64,000 bases of DNA from an uncultured Candidatus Rokubacteria bacterium (GTDB lineage: Bacteria > Methylomirabilota > Methylomirabilia > Rokubacteriales > CSP1-6). The notes beneath the pieces were generated by a model that was given only the letters and a program-made list of their open reading frames with translations, was not told where the DNA came from and ran no database searches. The position numbers and the translations under genes are program-made. Positions within the stretch are counted from its first letter, which is position 1. Every line of letters starts with the position of its first letter. Below, in pieces: positions 18,687 through 28,100 of the stretch. Where the stretch lies: assembly GCA_963762145.1 (NCBI GenBank), contig CAVXJS010000011.1:544001-608000 (forward strand). Direction: 5' to 3'.

Positions 18687-19150
18687 GCGCGCCAATCGCG
18701 AGACGGAGCCTCCTGGTCGGAACCGCGGCCCTCCTGGTCGCCGGCGCGGGCGGACGCCTCGCGGGCGCGGCGGCGAAGCCCACGATCACGGTCCACAAGT
18801 CGCCGACCTGAGGCTGCTGTGCGGCGTGGGTCGGGCACCTGCGCGCGGGCGGTTATCCGGTGACGGCGGTTGACCTCGAGGATCTCGCGCCCATCAAGCG
18901 GAAGCTCGGCGTGCCGCGCGCGCTGCAGAGCTGCCACACCGCGGCGGTCGAGGGTTACGTCATCGAGGGGCACGTCCCCGCCGACCTGATCGACCGTCTG
19001 CTGCGCGAGCGGCCTTCCGTGGTCGGCCTCGCGGTACCGGGCATGCCCGTGGGCTCTCCCGGGATGGAGGCGCCGGGCCAGGCCGCCGATCGCTACCAGG
19101 TGCTCGCGTTCGATCAGAAGGGGCACACCACCGTCTTCGCCAGCCGCTGA
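18683..19150 (+). CDS. DUF411/CopG-family metal-binding protein; probable selenoprotein (in-frame TGA 18809-18811)
   Basis: Continuous frame RRSLL(Tat)...[19 protein letters not shown]...SCHTA...IEGHVPA...[14 protein letters not shown]; TGA sits at the first Cys of the family motif KSPTCGCC. Confidence 0.85.
18819..18844 (+). promoter_or_regulatory. Putative bacterial SECIS hairpin
   Basis: GUGCGG-(C bulge)-GUG [GGUCGGG] CAC-CUGCGC pairs by eye, with G:U pairs; loop starts with G 18 nt after the UGA. Confidence 0.5.
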
Positions 19151-19196
19151 GCGGGCCGCGCGTCGCTTCGCGACGGCCCCGTGATAGACTCCCGCC

Positions 19197-20393
19197 GTGC
19201 TGTCCACGCTCGAAGCCCGAGAGGGCCACGGGCCCCTGAGCGGCGTCATCGTGCTCGATCTGAGCGGCTACGTGGCCGGTCCCTACGGCTGCACCCTGCT
19301 CGGCGACCAGGGCGCCCTCGTCATCAAGATCGAGCCGCCCGAGGGCGACAACCTCCGCAACTACCCGTCCACCATCCCGGGGGAGAGCCGGGCCTTCCTC
19401 GGGGTCAATCGCAACAAGCGCGGCCTCGGCCTCGACCTCAAGCATCCCGACGGCCTGGGCGTGCTGCGCCGGCTGGTCGAGCGCGCCGACGTGCTGGTCC
19501 ACAACTTCCGGCCGTCGGTGCCCGCGCGCCTGGGCATCGACTACGACCGGATGCGGGCGCTGAACGAGCGCCTGATCTACTGCGCGCTGACCGGCTACGG
19601 TGATCGGGGGCCGCTCAAGGACCGCGCCGGCTACGACCAGGTGCTCCAGACCATGACCGGCATCTGCGAGGAGCAGGGCAAGCCGGGCGATCCCCAGATC
19701 GTCTACGGCTCCGCGGTGGACTTCTACACGGCCTCGCTGCTGGCCTTCGCGGTCTCCTCCGCGCTCTTCGAGCGCTCGCGCACCGGGCGCGGGCAGCACC
19801 TGAGCGTATCGCTCCTGCGCGGCGCGCTCACGATGCAGGCAACCCGGCTCGTTTGGGTGGACGGCGAGCCGCGCGACGTCTGGCGCGACATGCGCTCGGG
19901 AGGCATCACCGGCATCCACCCCACGAAGCACGGCAGCCTCTACATCTCGGCCAACACGCCCCACTTCTGGAAGGCCCTGTGCGAGCTGACCGGGCTGGCC
20001 GAGCTCGCGGGCGATCCCCGCTTCGACACGGTGCGGAAGCGGGCCGAGCACGAAGCGGTGCTCGTCCCGCAGCTGCGCGCGGCGCTGCAGGCGCGCACCG
20101 CGGTCGAGTGGGAGGCGCACTTCGGCGAGCGGGTGCCCTGCGCGGCGGCGCGTCCGGTGGAGGACATGTTCGATCATCCGCAGGTGGCCGCCGAAGGCAT
20201 CCTGGCGAGCTTCGAGCATCCGGGCGTGGGGCACTACCGCGGGATGGCGCACCCGGTCCGCTTCGGCGAGGGCCCGCCGCCCGCGCCCTTCGCGGCGCCG
20301 CAGCTCGGACAGGACTCCCGGAAGATCCTCGCGAGCCTCGGCTACTCCGACGCGGAGATCGAGCGACTGCGCGGCGCGCGCACGGTGGTCTGA
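19197..20393 (+). CDS. CaiB/BaiF family (class III) CoA transferase
   Basis: VLDLSGYVAGP, VIKIEPPEGD, NRNKRG, ADVLVHNFRP, GYDQVLQ, APQLGQD. Confidence 0.93.
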   Translation: MLSTLEAREGHGPLSGVIVLDLSGYVAGPYGCTLLGDQGALVIKIEPPEGDNLRNYPSTIPGESRAFLGVNRNKRGLGLDLKHPDGLGVLRRLVERADVLVHNFRPSVPARLGIDYDRMRALNERLIYCALTGYGDRGPLKDRAGYDQVLQTMTGICEEQGKPGDPQIVYGSAVDFYTASLLAFAVSSALFERSRTGRGQHLSVSLLRGALTMQATRLVWVDGEPRDVWRDMRSGGITGIHPTKHGSLYISANTPHFWKALCELTGLAELAGDPRFDTVRKRAEHEAVLVPQLRAALQARTAVEWEAHFGERVPCAAARPVEDMFDHPQVAAEGILASFEHPGVGHYRGMAHPVRFGEGPPPAPFAAPQLGQDSRKILASLGYSDAEIERLRGARTVV

Positions 20394-20395
20394 TC

Positions 20396-21292
20396 GTGGC
20401 CGACCTCCTGATGCGGAGCAAGCTCTTCGTGCCGGCCTCGCGGCCCGAGCTCTTCGCGAAGGCGCTGGCCGGCGACGCCGACGCGCTCTCGTTCGATCTG
20501 GAGGACGCGGTCCAGGAGAGCCGGAAGGCCGACGCGCGCGGGATCCTGGAAGGATTCCTTCGCCAGGCCGCCGAGCGGCCGCCCGGCAAGATCTTCCCCG
20601 GCAAGATCTTCATAGTCCGCGTGAACGGGCTGACGACCCCGCACTTCGAGGCGGACCTCGCGGCGGTGGTGCGGCCGGGGGTGGACATGATCAACCTGCC
20701 CAAGCCCGAGTCCGCGGAGGACGTGCGGGCCGCGGCCGCGGCGCTCGCCCGCGTGGAGGCGGAGCGGGGGATCGACCGCCCGGTGGGCATCCTCGCCAAC
20801 GTCGAATCGCCGCGAGGGCTTCGGCTGGCGCTCGAGATCGCGACGGCGCATCCGCGCGTCGTCGGACTCCAGCTCGGCCTGGGCGATCTCTTCGAGCCCT
20901 TCGGCATCGACCGGGCGGACGCGCGCGCGGTTCACGCCATGCAGCTCGCGGTGCGGGTGGCCGCGGCGGAGGCGGGCATCTGGGCCTGCGACACGGTCTA
21001 CGGGACGGTGGCGGATCCCGAGGGCTTCACGCGCGAGGCGGAAGTCGCGCGGCGGCTCGGCTTCATCGGCAAGTCCTGCATCCATCCCACCCAGGTCCCG
21101 CTCGCGAACGCAGTGTTCCGGCCGACCGATCTCGAGATCGCGGCCGCGCGGCGGGTCGTCGAGGCGGCGCGGGGCGCCGAGCGCAGCGGGGTCGGAGCCT
21201 ATCTGGTCGACGGCCGCATGATCGACATTCCGTTCGTCACGCGCGCCGAGGCAATCCTGGCCGCGGCCCGCCGGCTGGGCCTGACCGGCTGA
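20396..21292 (+). CDS. CitE/malyl-CoA lyase family CoA-ester lyase
   Basis: RSKLFVPASRP, FDLEDAV, VRVN, LPKPES, ESPRG, GKSCIHPTQ, DGRMID. Confidence 0.92.
   Translation: MADLLMRSKLFVPASRPELFAKALAGDADALSFDLEDAVQESRKADARGILEGFLRQAAERPPGKIFPGKIFIVRVNGLTTPHFEADLAAVVRPGVDMINLPKPESAEDVRAAAAALARVEAERGIDRPVGILANVESPRGLRLALEIATAHPRVVGLQLGLGDLFEPFGIDRADARAVHAMQLAVRVAAAEAGIWACDTVYGTVADPEGFTREAEVARRLGFIGKSCIHPTQVPLANAVFRPTDLEIAAARRVVEAARGAERSGVGAYLVDGRMIDIPFVTRAEAILAAARRLGLTG
20582..20611 (+). repeat. 15-nt in-frame tandem duplication inside the CitE-like gene
   Basis: CCCGGCAAGATCTTC x2, giving PGKIF-PGKIF. Confidence 0.85.
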
Positions 21293-21295
21293 GGG

Positions 21296-22867
21296 TCAGG
21301 AGTCGATCCGGCGCTCGTCGAGGTCCAGCTCCCGCTCGAGCGCCCGCAGCACGTCGTCGTCGATCGCGCCCTCCGCGCGCAGCCGCAGGAGCGCCTCGCG
21401 CTCCGAGTCGATCACGGTGCGCTGGATCTCGCGGTGCTCGATGATCTCCCGATCCTCTTCGCCCGCGCCCGCCGCGTCCCGCTGCCGCTCCACGTGCTCC
21501 GACTGGTGCTCGAAGGTCTCGCGCAGCCGATCGAGCAGGGGGCGGTGGTTCGGCCACACCGGATAGAGGGTGTCGATCCGCCGCCGGGCGGCCTCGACGA
21601 GCTGCTGGCGCGCGCGGGCTTCTTCCTCGCGCAGCTCCGGATCGGTGCCCAGCCGCAGCCTCCGGATCAGCCACGGCAGGCTGAGCCCCTGGCCCAGCAG
21701 CGTGAACACGATGACGGTCACGGTCACGATCACGAGCGCTTCGCGCGCGGGAAAGGGCGCGCCGCCGGGCAAGCTGAGCGGGAGGGCGAGCGCGAGGGCG
21801 AGGGAGACGGCGCCGCGCATCCCGGCCCACGAGAGCACCAGCGCGTGCGCGAGGAAGCGGGGCGGGCGCGGCTCGCGCCGCACGGCGCACGCCAGGAGCT
21901 CGCTCGGGAAGATCCAGAGCGCGCGGACCGCGAGCAGGACCAGGCTCACGACGAGGCCGATGCCGACCAGCCGGAGGGCGGTGGCGGGCTCGAGCGAGCG
22001 CAGGAGGAACGGGACTTCCAGGCCGGTGATGATGAAGACCACCCCGTTCAGCAGGAAGGTGACCGTCTCCCACACCGCGCGCCCGGTGAGGCGGGCGTCG
22101 GCCCCCATCATGCGCGAGCCGCGGCGGCCGAGGTAGAGCCCCGCGACCACCGCCGCGATCACCCCGGAGGCGCCGAGCTCGTGGGCCGGCAGGAACGCGG
22201 CGTAGGGCGTCAGGAGCGAGAGCGTGATCTCGACCGGCGTGTCCTCGATGCGCTCGCGCACCTTCGCGATGATCCAACCCACCGCGAGGCCGATCGCCAG
22301 GCCGCCCAGCATGGCGCTCACGAAGGTCCCGACGCCGGCGGACGCCTTGAACGAGCCTCCGACGGCCACCGCGATCGCGATGCTGTAGATCGAGAGCGCG
22401 GTGGCGTCGTTCAGGAGGCTCTCGCCCTCCAGGACCGATACGATCCGCCGCGGGACGGCCAGGCGGGAGGCGACCGCGGCCGCCGCGATCGCGTCGGGCG
22501 GCGCCACGATCGCGCCGAGTGCGATGGCCACCGCCCACGGGATGCCGGGGATCAGAGCGTGCACCACCGCGGCCACCGCGAGCGCACTGACGACGACCAG
22601 GCCGACCGCGAGCGAGCCGATCGTGCCCAGGTTGGCGCGCAGGCTCCGCAGGGGCGTGAAGAAGGCCGCGATGTAGAGGAGCGGAGGCAGGATGAAGAGG
22701 AAGATGAGATCCGGGTCCACCTCGACATGCAGGGTGCCCGGCACCAGCCCGAGCACGAGTCCGCCGATGACGAGGAAGATCGGGTAGGCGATGCCGAGTC
22801 GCCGCGCGATCGTGACGAGCGCGGCGACCGCGATGAGCAGAGCCAGGACGAGCTGGGCGCTCTGCAT
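21296..22867 (-). CDS. CPA1-family Na+/H+ antiporter
   Basis: LPPLLY, APPDAIA, LEGESLLNDATAL, GMRGAVSLALAL, ERELDL. Confidence 0.93.
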   Translation of the reverse strand: MQSAQLVLALLIAVAALVTIARRLGIAYPIFLVIGGLVLGLVPGTLHVEVDPDLIFLFILPPLLYIAAFFTPLRSLRANLGTIGSLAVGLVVVSALAVAAVVHALIPGIPWAVAIALGAIVAPPDAIAAAAVASRLAVPRRIVSVLEGESLLNDATALSIYSIAIAVAVGGSFKASAGVGTFVSAMLGGLAIGLAVGWIIAKVRERIEDTPVEITLSLLTPYAAFLPAHELGASGVIAAVVAGLYLGRRGSRMMGADARLTGRAVWETVTFLLNGVVFIITGLEVPFLLRSLEPATALRLVGIGLVVSLVLLAVRALWIFPSELLACAVRREPRPPRFLAHALVLSWAGMRGAVSLALALALPLSLPGGAPFPAREALVIVTVTVIVFTLLGQGLSLPWLIRRLRLGTDPELREEEARARQQLVEAARRRIDTLYPVWPNHRPLLDRLRETFEHQSEHVERQRDAAGAGEEDREIIEHREIQRTVIDSEREALLRLRAEGAIDDDVLRALERELDLDERRIDS

Positions 22868-22926
22868 GGTGCTCGGCAGCCTAGCACACGCGTTCGGGCG
22901 CTGGACGCTGATGCTATTCTTCGGGC

Positions 22927-25236
22927 ATGGACGCGACCACCGTCGTCGATCCGGTCTGCGGGATGGACGTGACGCCCGGCGACGCGGCGGGCGGCAGCGC
23001 GGAGCACGCCGGGACGACCTACTGGTTCTGTAATCCGAGCTGCCGGGAGCGCTTCATCGCGGATCCGGCGCGCTTTCTCCACCGATCCGCGTCCGCGCCC
23101 GAGGGGCGGGGCTCGGGGCGGGACCCGCGGATCTACACGTGCCCGATGCACCCGGAGGTGCGCCAGGCCGGGCCCGGGAGCTGCCCCAAGTGCGGCATGG
23201 CGCTCGAGCCGCTCGAGGTCACCGCCGACGAGGGCCCGAGCCACGAGCTCGTGGACATGACCCGGCGCTTCTGGGTGAGCCTCGCCCTCACCGTGCCGGT
23301 GCTCGCCCTCGCGATGGGGGAGATGCTCGCGCCGGGGCTGCTCGCCGCGCTCGGCCCCACCGGGTGGCTCTGGAGCCAGCTCGTCCTCGCCACGCCGGTG
23401 GTGCTGTGGGGCGGCTGGCCGTTCTTCGTGCGCGGCTGGCAGTCGCTGGTCACGCGCAACCTGAACATGTTCACGCTGATCGCGCTGGGCACGGGCGCCG
23501 CGTTCGGGTACAGCGTCTTCGCGGCCCTGTTTCCGGACACGCTCCCGCACGCGATGCGGCACGGCGGCGTGCCGCCCGTGTACTTCGAGGCCGCGGCCGT
23601 CATCACCACGCTGGTGCTGCTGGGGCAGGTCCTGGAGCTGCGGGCCCGCAGCGCGACCTCCGGCGCCATCCGGGCGCTGCTGGGTCTCCAGCCCAGGACC
23701 GCCCGCCGCCTCCGCGAGGACGGCCGCGAGGAGGACGTACCGCTCGAGCACGTCGCGGTGGGCGACCGGCTGCGGGTACGGCCGGGCGAGCGCGTGCCGG
23801 TGGACGGCGCGGTGCTGGAGGGCCGAAGCGCGGTGGACGAGGCTCTGGTCACCGGCGAGCCGATCCCGGTGGAGAAGGAGCCGGGCAGCCGCGTGACCGG
23901 CGGAACCGTCAACGGCACCGGCGGCTTCGTCATGCGCGCGGACCGGGTCGGCGCCGACACCCTGCTGGCGCAGATCGTTCGCATGGTCGGGGAGGCGCAG
24001 CGGAGCCGCGCGCCCATCCAGCGCCTGGCCGACCAGGTCTCCGCCTGGTTCGTCCCGACGATGGTGGCGGTGGCGGTGCTGACCGCGCTGGGGTGGGGAC
24101 TCTTCGGACCGGAGCCGCGCGTGGTCTACGCACTCGTCAACGCGGTCGCGGTGCTGATCATCGCGTGCCCGTGCGCGCTCGGTCTGGCGACCCCCATGTC
24201 CATCATGGTGGCGACCGGGCGCGGCGCCCAGGCGGGCGTGCTGATCAAGCACGCGGCCGCGCTCGAGACGCTCGAAAAGGTCGATACGCTCCTCGTGGAC
24301 AAGACGGGCACGCTCACCGAAGGCAAGCCGCGCCTCGTCTCGGTGGTCGCCACCGACGGGGTGACCGACGCCGAGATCCTGGCCCTGGCCGCCGGGCTCG
24401 AGCGCGGCAGCGAGCATCCGCTCGCCGCCGCCATCCTGGCCGCCGCCGCCGAGCGGGGCGTGCCGTCGAGCTCGGTCGGCGCGTTTCGCTCGCTCACCGG
24501 GCGCGGCGTGACCGGCGAGGCCGCAGGCCGTCGCGTGGCGCTCGGCAACGCGCGCCTCCTCGAGGAGCTGGGCCTCGACGCGGGCGAGCTCGGGAAGCGC
24601 GCGGAGGCCCTGCGCGAGGAAGGGCAGACGGTGGTGTTCCTGATCGCGGGCGATGCGGTCGTGGGCCTCCTCGGCGTCGCGGATCCCATCAAGGCGAGCG
24701 CGGGCCGGGCGGTCCGCGATCTCCAGGGGGAAGGTCTGCGCGTGATCATGGTCACCGGCGACAGCGCGGCCACCGCGCGGGCGGTCGCCCGCACCCTCGG
24801 ACTCGACGACGTGATCGCCGAGGTCTTGCCGGAGCGGAAGGCCGAGATCGTCCGCCGCTTCCAGGCCGAGGGCCACGTGGTGGCCATGGCCGGCGACGGC
24901 GTCAACGACGCGCCGGCCCTCGCGGCGGCCGACGTGGGCATCGCCATGGGCACGGGCACGGACGTGGCGATGGAGAGCGCCGACATCACCCTGGTCCGGG
25001 GCGACCTGGGCGGCATGGTGCGGGCGCGCCGGCTCGCCCGCGCGACCATGCGAAACATTCGCCAGAATCTCGTCTGGGCCTTCCTCTACAACGCCCTCGG
25101 GGTGCCGGTCGCGGCGGGCCTGCTCTACCCGTTCGCCGGCCTGCTGCTCAGCCCGATGCTCGCGAGCGCGGCGATGAGCCTCAGCTCGGTGTCGGTGATC
25201 GCCAACGCGCTGCGGCTCCGCCGCGTGCCGCTCTGA
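22927..25236 (+). CDS. copA: Cu(I)-translocating P1B-type ATPase with YHS and heavy-metal-binding domains
   Basis: [49 protein letters not shown] and MSLSS. Confidence 0.95.
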   Translation: MDATTVVDPVCGMDVTPGDAAGGSAEHAGTTYWFCNPSCRERFIADPARFLHRSASAPEGRGSGRDPRIYTCPMHPEVRQAGPGSCPKCGMALEPLEVTADEGPSHELVDMTRRFWVSLALTVPVLALAMGEMLAPGLLAALGPTGWLWSQLVLATPVVLWGGWPFFVRGWQSLVTRNLNMFTLIALGTGAAFGYSVFAALFPDTLPHAMRHGGVPPVYFEAAAVITTLVLLGQVLELRARSATSGAIRALLGLQPRTARRLREDGREEDVPLEHVAVGDRLRVRPGERVPVDGAVLEGRSAVDEALVTGEPIPVEKEPGSRVTGGTVNGTGGFVMRADRVGADTLLAQIVRMVGEAQRSRAPIQRLADQVSAWFVPTMVAVAVLTALGWGLFGPEPRVVYALVNAVAVLIIACPCALGLATPMSIMVATGRGAQAGVLIKHAAALETLEKVDTLLVDKTGTLTEGKPRLVSVVATDGVTDAEILALAAGLERGSEHPLAAAILAAAAERGVPSSSVGAFRSLTGRGVTGEAAGRRVALGNARLLEELGLDAGELGKRAEALREEGQTVVFLIAGDAVVGLLGVADPIKASAGRAVRDLQGEGLRVIMVTGDSAATARAVARTLGLDDVIAEVLPERKAEIVRRFQAEGHVVAMAGDGVNDAPALAAADVGIAMGTGTDVAMESADITLVRGDLGGMVRARRLARATMRNIRQNLVWAFLYNALGVPVAAGLLYPFAGLLLSPMLASAAMSLSSVSVIANALRLRRVPL

Positions 25237-25364
25237 GTGTCAGCCGCGCCAACGCGAGGCTGACAGCCACCTGACATTGCCCTCGGGCGTCATGCCCGAA
25301 GGCCTTGTATCGCAAGCAGTTTTCGGCTGGCCCGCTTCTTGCGATTCCCGCCGGTCACGCACTC

Positions 25365-26126
25365 ATGAACGCAACCCGGGCGGTCGAGGTCGAGCAGGAC
25401 GCACGGAGATGCCCGCGTCAGCGGGTCTCCTGGCTGGTCACGGTGGCGGCGGGATCCCGCCAGTTCCAGGGGCGAACGAAGGACGTGAGCGCCTCCGGCG
25501 CCAAAATCTTGTTGAAGGAGCGGCCGGCGCTCGGCGTCGAGGTGGGGCTGTCCTTCCGTCCTCCCGGCCGGCGCCCGCTCGAGACGCGCGCGCTCGTCTG
25601 GCGGCTCGATTCCGAGGGATTGGCGTGCATGTTCGTGGGCACGCAGAAGCCCGAGTTCCTCGAGGCCGTGACGCCCCGCCAGGCCCCGAGCCCGGTCCGG
25701 GTGGCGCCGCCCCCGGTGGTCCTGCCTCCGGTGCTCCCGCCCCCGGTGGCCCCGCCCCAGTCGGCGGCGGGCGCCGTGCTCCTGGCCACCGTGGACACGG
25801 GCTTCCGCGCGATCGCGCTCGACACGCTGGGTCGCAGCGGCTACACGGTGCTCGACGCGGGGTCGCAACCCTTGCTGGCTCTGCGCATCGCGGAGGAGCA
25901 CCGGGACACGATCACGCTCATCCTCATCGCGTCGGACCTGCGGCTCATGAATGGCGAGCCGCTGGCCAAGCGTCTCACCCCGCTGCTGCCGTCGGCCAAG
26001 CTCGTGCTGATGTCGAGCCGGTCGACGCCGAATCCGGCCGGTCCCGGGGCGCTCTGGCTGCCGACGCCCTGCACCGACGGTGAGCTGACGGCGCAGATCC
26101 GCCAGATCCAGGCCGATCGCGGCTAG
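25365..26126 (+). CDS. PilZ domain fused to a degenerate receiver-like domain
   Basis: RRCPR (RxxxR) and DVSASG (DxSxxG) c-di-GMP motifs; Pro-rich linker; C-terminal REC-like pattern. Confidence 0.7.
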   Translation: MNATRAVEVEQDARRCPRQRVSWLVTVAAGSRQFQGRTKDVSASGAKILLKERPALGVEVGLSFRPPGRRPLETRALVWRLDSEGLACMFVGTQKPEFLEAVTPRQAPSPVRVAPPPVVLPPVLPPPVAPPQSAAGAVLLATVDTGFRAIALDTLGRSGYTVLDAGSQPLLALRIAEEHRDTITLILIASDLRLMNGEPLAKRLTPLLPSAKLVLMSSRSTPNPAGPGALWLPTPCTDGELTAQIRQIQADRG

Positions 26127-26599
26127 TGCCCGTTGCCCTTGACCGCCTCGGACAGAGCCGCGGCGAGATTGTGGTTGGCCGAGGTCAGGTGCGGGTGCAC
26201 GGCGAGGGCGCGCCGGAAGAGCGCGGCGGCCTCCCGGAACTGGCCGAGCGCCATGTGACAGAGCCCCTGGCCGGACAGGGCCCCGAAGTGACTCGGATTC
26301 CGCGCTAGCGTCTCCTCGCAGTCGGCCACCGCTCCCGCATAGTCCTCCGCCACGTAGCGCGCCGTCGCCCGCTTGTTCCATCCCTCCGCGAAGTCGGGCG
26401 CGCGCCCGATGATGCGGCCAAAGAGGGCGATCGCGTCCTCCAGCTCGCGACGCTCCATCGCCTCGACGCCCTGGCGGAGGAGCCGATCCACCTCCGGAAT
26501 GCCCGAGCGGCACCAGATCTCCCAGAGCGCGGCCTCCGCCCGGGCGGCCAGGACGGGATCGGGTCCACGGAGCGCGGCGAGGGCCTCGGTCTCGGTCAT
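26123..26599 (-). CDS. Tetratricopeptide repeat protein
   Basis: [37 protein letters not shown]. Confidence 0.85.
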   Translation of the reverse strand: MTETEALAALRGPDPVLAARAEAALWEIWCRSGIPEVDRLLRQGVEAMERRELEDAIALFGRIIGRAPDFAEGWNKRATARYVAEDYAGAVADCEETLARNPSHFGALSGQGLCHMALGQFREAAALFRRALAVHPHLTSANHNLAAALSEAVKGNGH

Positions 26600-26632
26600 G
26601 CGCCCCCGGTCATGCGCTCCCCGGTCATGCGC
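26593..26632. repeat. Three copies of CGGTCATGCGC over a start codon
   Basis: Copies at 26593, 26607 and 26622. Confidence 0.85.
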
Positions 26633-26690
26633 TCAAGGTTACTTGACGGGCAGCCCCATTGGCCAGATGCTGCTGCCCGGAGGCGCGCGG

Positions 26691-27014
26691 ATGCCGGATC
26701 AGGATCGGATCGAGGAGTTCAAGGAAGTGGTCGAGATCATGCCGGACGATCCGGTGGTGCGCTTCGGCCTCGCAGGCGCCTATCTGGACGCCGGCCAGGC
26801 CGACGCGGCGGTCGTCGAGTACGGCGAAGCCATTCGCCTCAAGCCCGACTACTCTGCGGCCCACCGAGGCCTGGGCCGGGCGCTCGAGCGCGCGGGCCGG
26901 GTCGCGGAGGCCAAGGCCGCCTACGCCAGGGGTCTCGAGGTGGCGCGCACGACCGGGGATCTCCAGACCGGGAAGGAGATCGAGGTCTTCCTCCGGAGGC
27001 TCGAGAAGACCTAG
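26691..27014 (+). CDS. Small tetratricopeptide repeat protein
   Basis: GGAGG RBS; [38 protein letters not shown]. Confidence 0.8.
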   Translation: MPDQDRIEEFKEVVEIMPDDPVVRFGLAGAYLDAGQADAAVVEYGEAIRLKPDYSAAHRGLGRALERAGRVAEAKAAYARGLEVARTTGDLQTGKEIEVFLRRLEKT

Positions 27015-27472
27015 TGGCGATCTGGGTGGATGCCGACGCCTGTCCCCAGGTCATCAAGGAGATCCTGTACCGGGCCGCCGAGCGCGCGCAGGTGGTGACG
27101 ACGCTGGTCGCCAACACGTCCCTCCGTGTCCCGTCCTCGCCCTTCATCCGGACCCTCCGCGTGGACCACGGCTGGGACGTGGCGGACCAGCGGATCGTGG
27201 AGCAGGTGGGGCCCGGCGATCTGGTGGTGACGGCGGACATCCCGCTCGCCGCGCTCGTGATCGCGCGCGGCGCGCAGGCGCTGGACCCGCGCGGGGAGCT
27301 CTACACCGAGGACAATGTCCAGGAGCGCCTGGCGGTGCGGAACCTGATGCAGGGCCTGCGGGCGGGCGGCGACCTGATCGCCGGCCCCGCGCCCTTCTCC
27401 CCGAGCGATCGGCAGCGCTTCGCCAATCACCTCGACCACTTCCTGACGCGTCGAGGCCCCGCCGGCGACTAG
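27014..27472 (+). CDS. yaiI: YaiI/YqxD family protein
   Basis: [25 protein letters not shown]. Confidence 0.92.
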   Translation: MAIWVDADACPQVIKEILYRAAERAQVVTTLVANTSLRVPSSPFIRTLRVDHGWDVADQRIVEQVGPGDLVVTADIPLAALVIARGAQALDPRGELYTEDNVQERLAVRNLMQGLRAGGDLIAGPAPFSPSDRQRFANHLDHFLTRRGPAGD

Positions 27473-28020
27473 CCAAGCGCCGGCCTCCGCAACACCGCCG
27501 GCTCGATCGCCACGCTCCGATCCGCGTCCGCCATCCAGATCTGACCGTCCTGGATCGTGCACGTGACCCGCATGTTCCGCTGCGCCAGCTTCGCGAGCGC
27601 CCGCGTGGCCGCGAAGGGCAGGTTGACGACGGTCAGGTTCTCGGCGCGCTCCAGCGCGGCGCCCGCCTGCTCCCACCAGAGATCGGCGCCTCGTCCCCCG
27701 TAGCTGTAGACGACCACCGCTTCCGCGCGGCCGCACGCCCGCCGGATCCGCTTCTCGTCCGGCTGGCCCACGTCGATCCAGAGCTCGATGGCACCGGTCA
27801 GGTCCTTCCGCCAGAGATCGGGCTCGTCGTCGGTGCCGAGCCCGCGCCCGAAGGCCAGCGCCTCGTGCGCGTGCCGCGCGAAGGCCAGCAGCCGCACCAT
27901 CATGCGCTCGTCGGTCTCGGACGGGTGCCGCGCGATCGTGAGGGCGTGATCGTGGTAGTAGGCCCGGTCGATGTCCGCGATCTCGAGGGCAACCTTGAAG
28001 ATGGTCGCGTTCTGGGCCAT
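27469..28020 (-). CDS. yaeQ: YaeQ family protein
   Basis: [35 protein letters not shown]. Confidence 0.95.
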   Translation of the reverse strand: MAQNATIFKVALEIADIDRAYYHDHALTIARHPSETDERMMVRLLAFARHAHEALAFGRGLGTDDEPDLWRKDLTGAIELWIDVGQPDEKRIRRACGRAEAVVVYSYGGRGADLWWEQAGAALERAENLTVVNLPFAATRALAKLAQRNMRVTCTIQDGQIWMADADRSVAIEPAVLRRPALG

Positions 28021-28100
28021 GGGCGATACTGGCCCGCCGGGCGGGCGCGGTCAAGGAAGGCGCGGGCCGTGCTATCCTCCCGGCGAGGAGGCACGGGACC

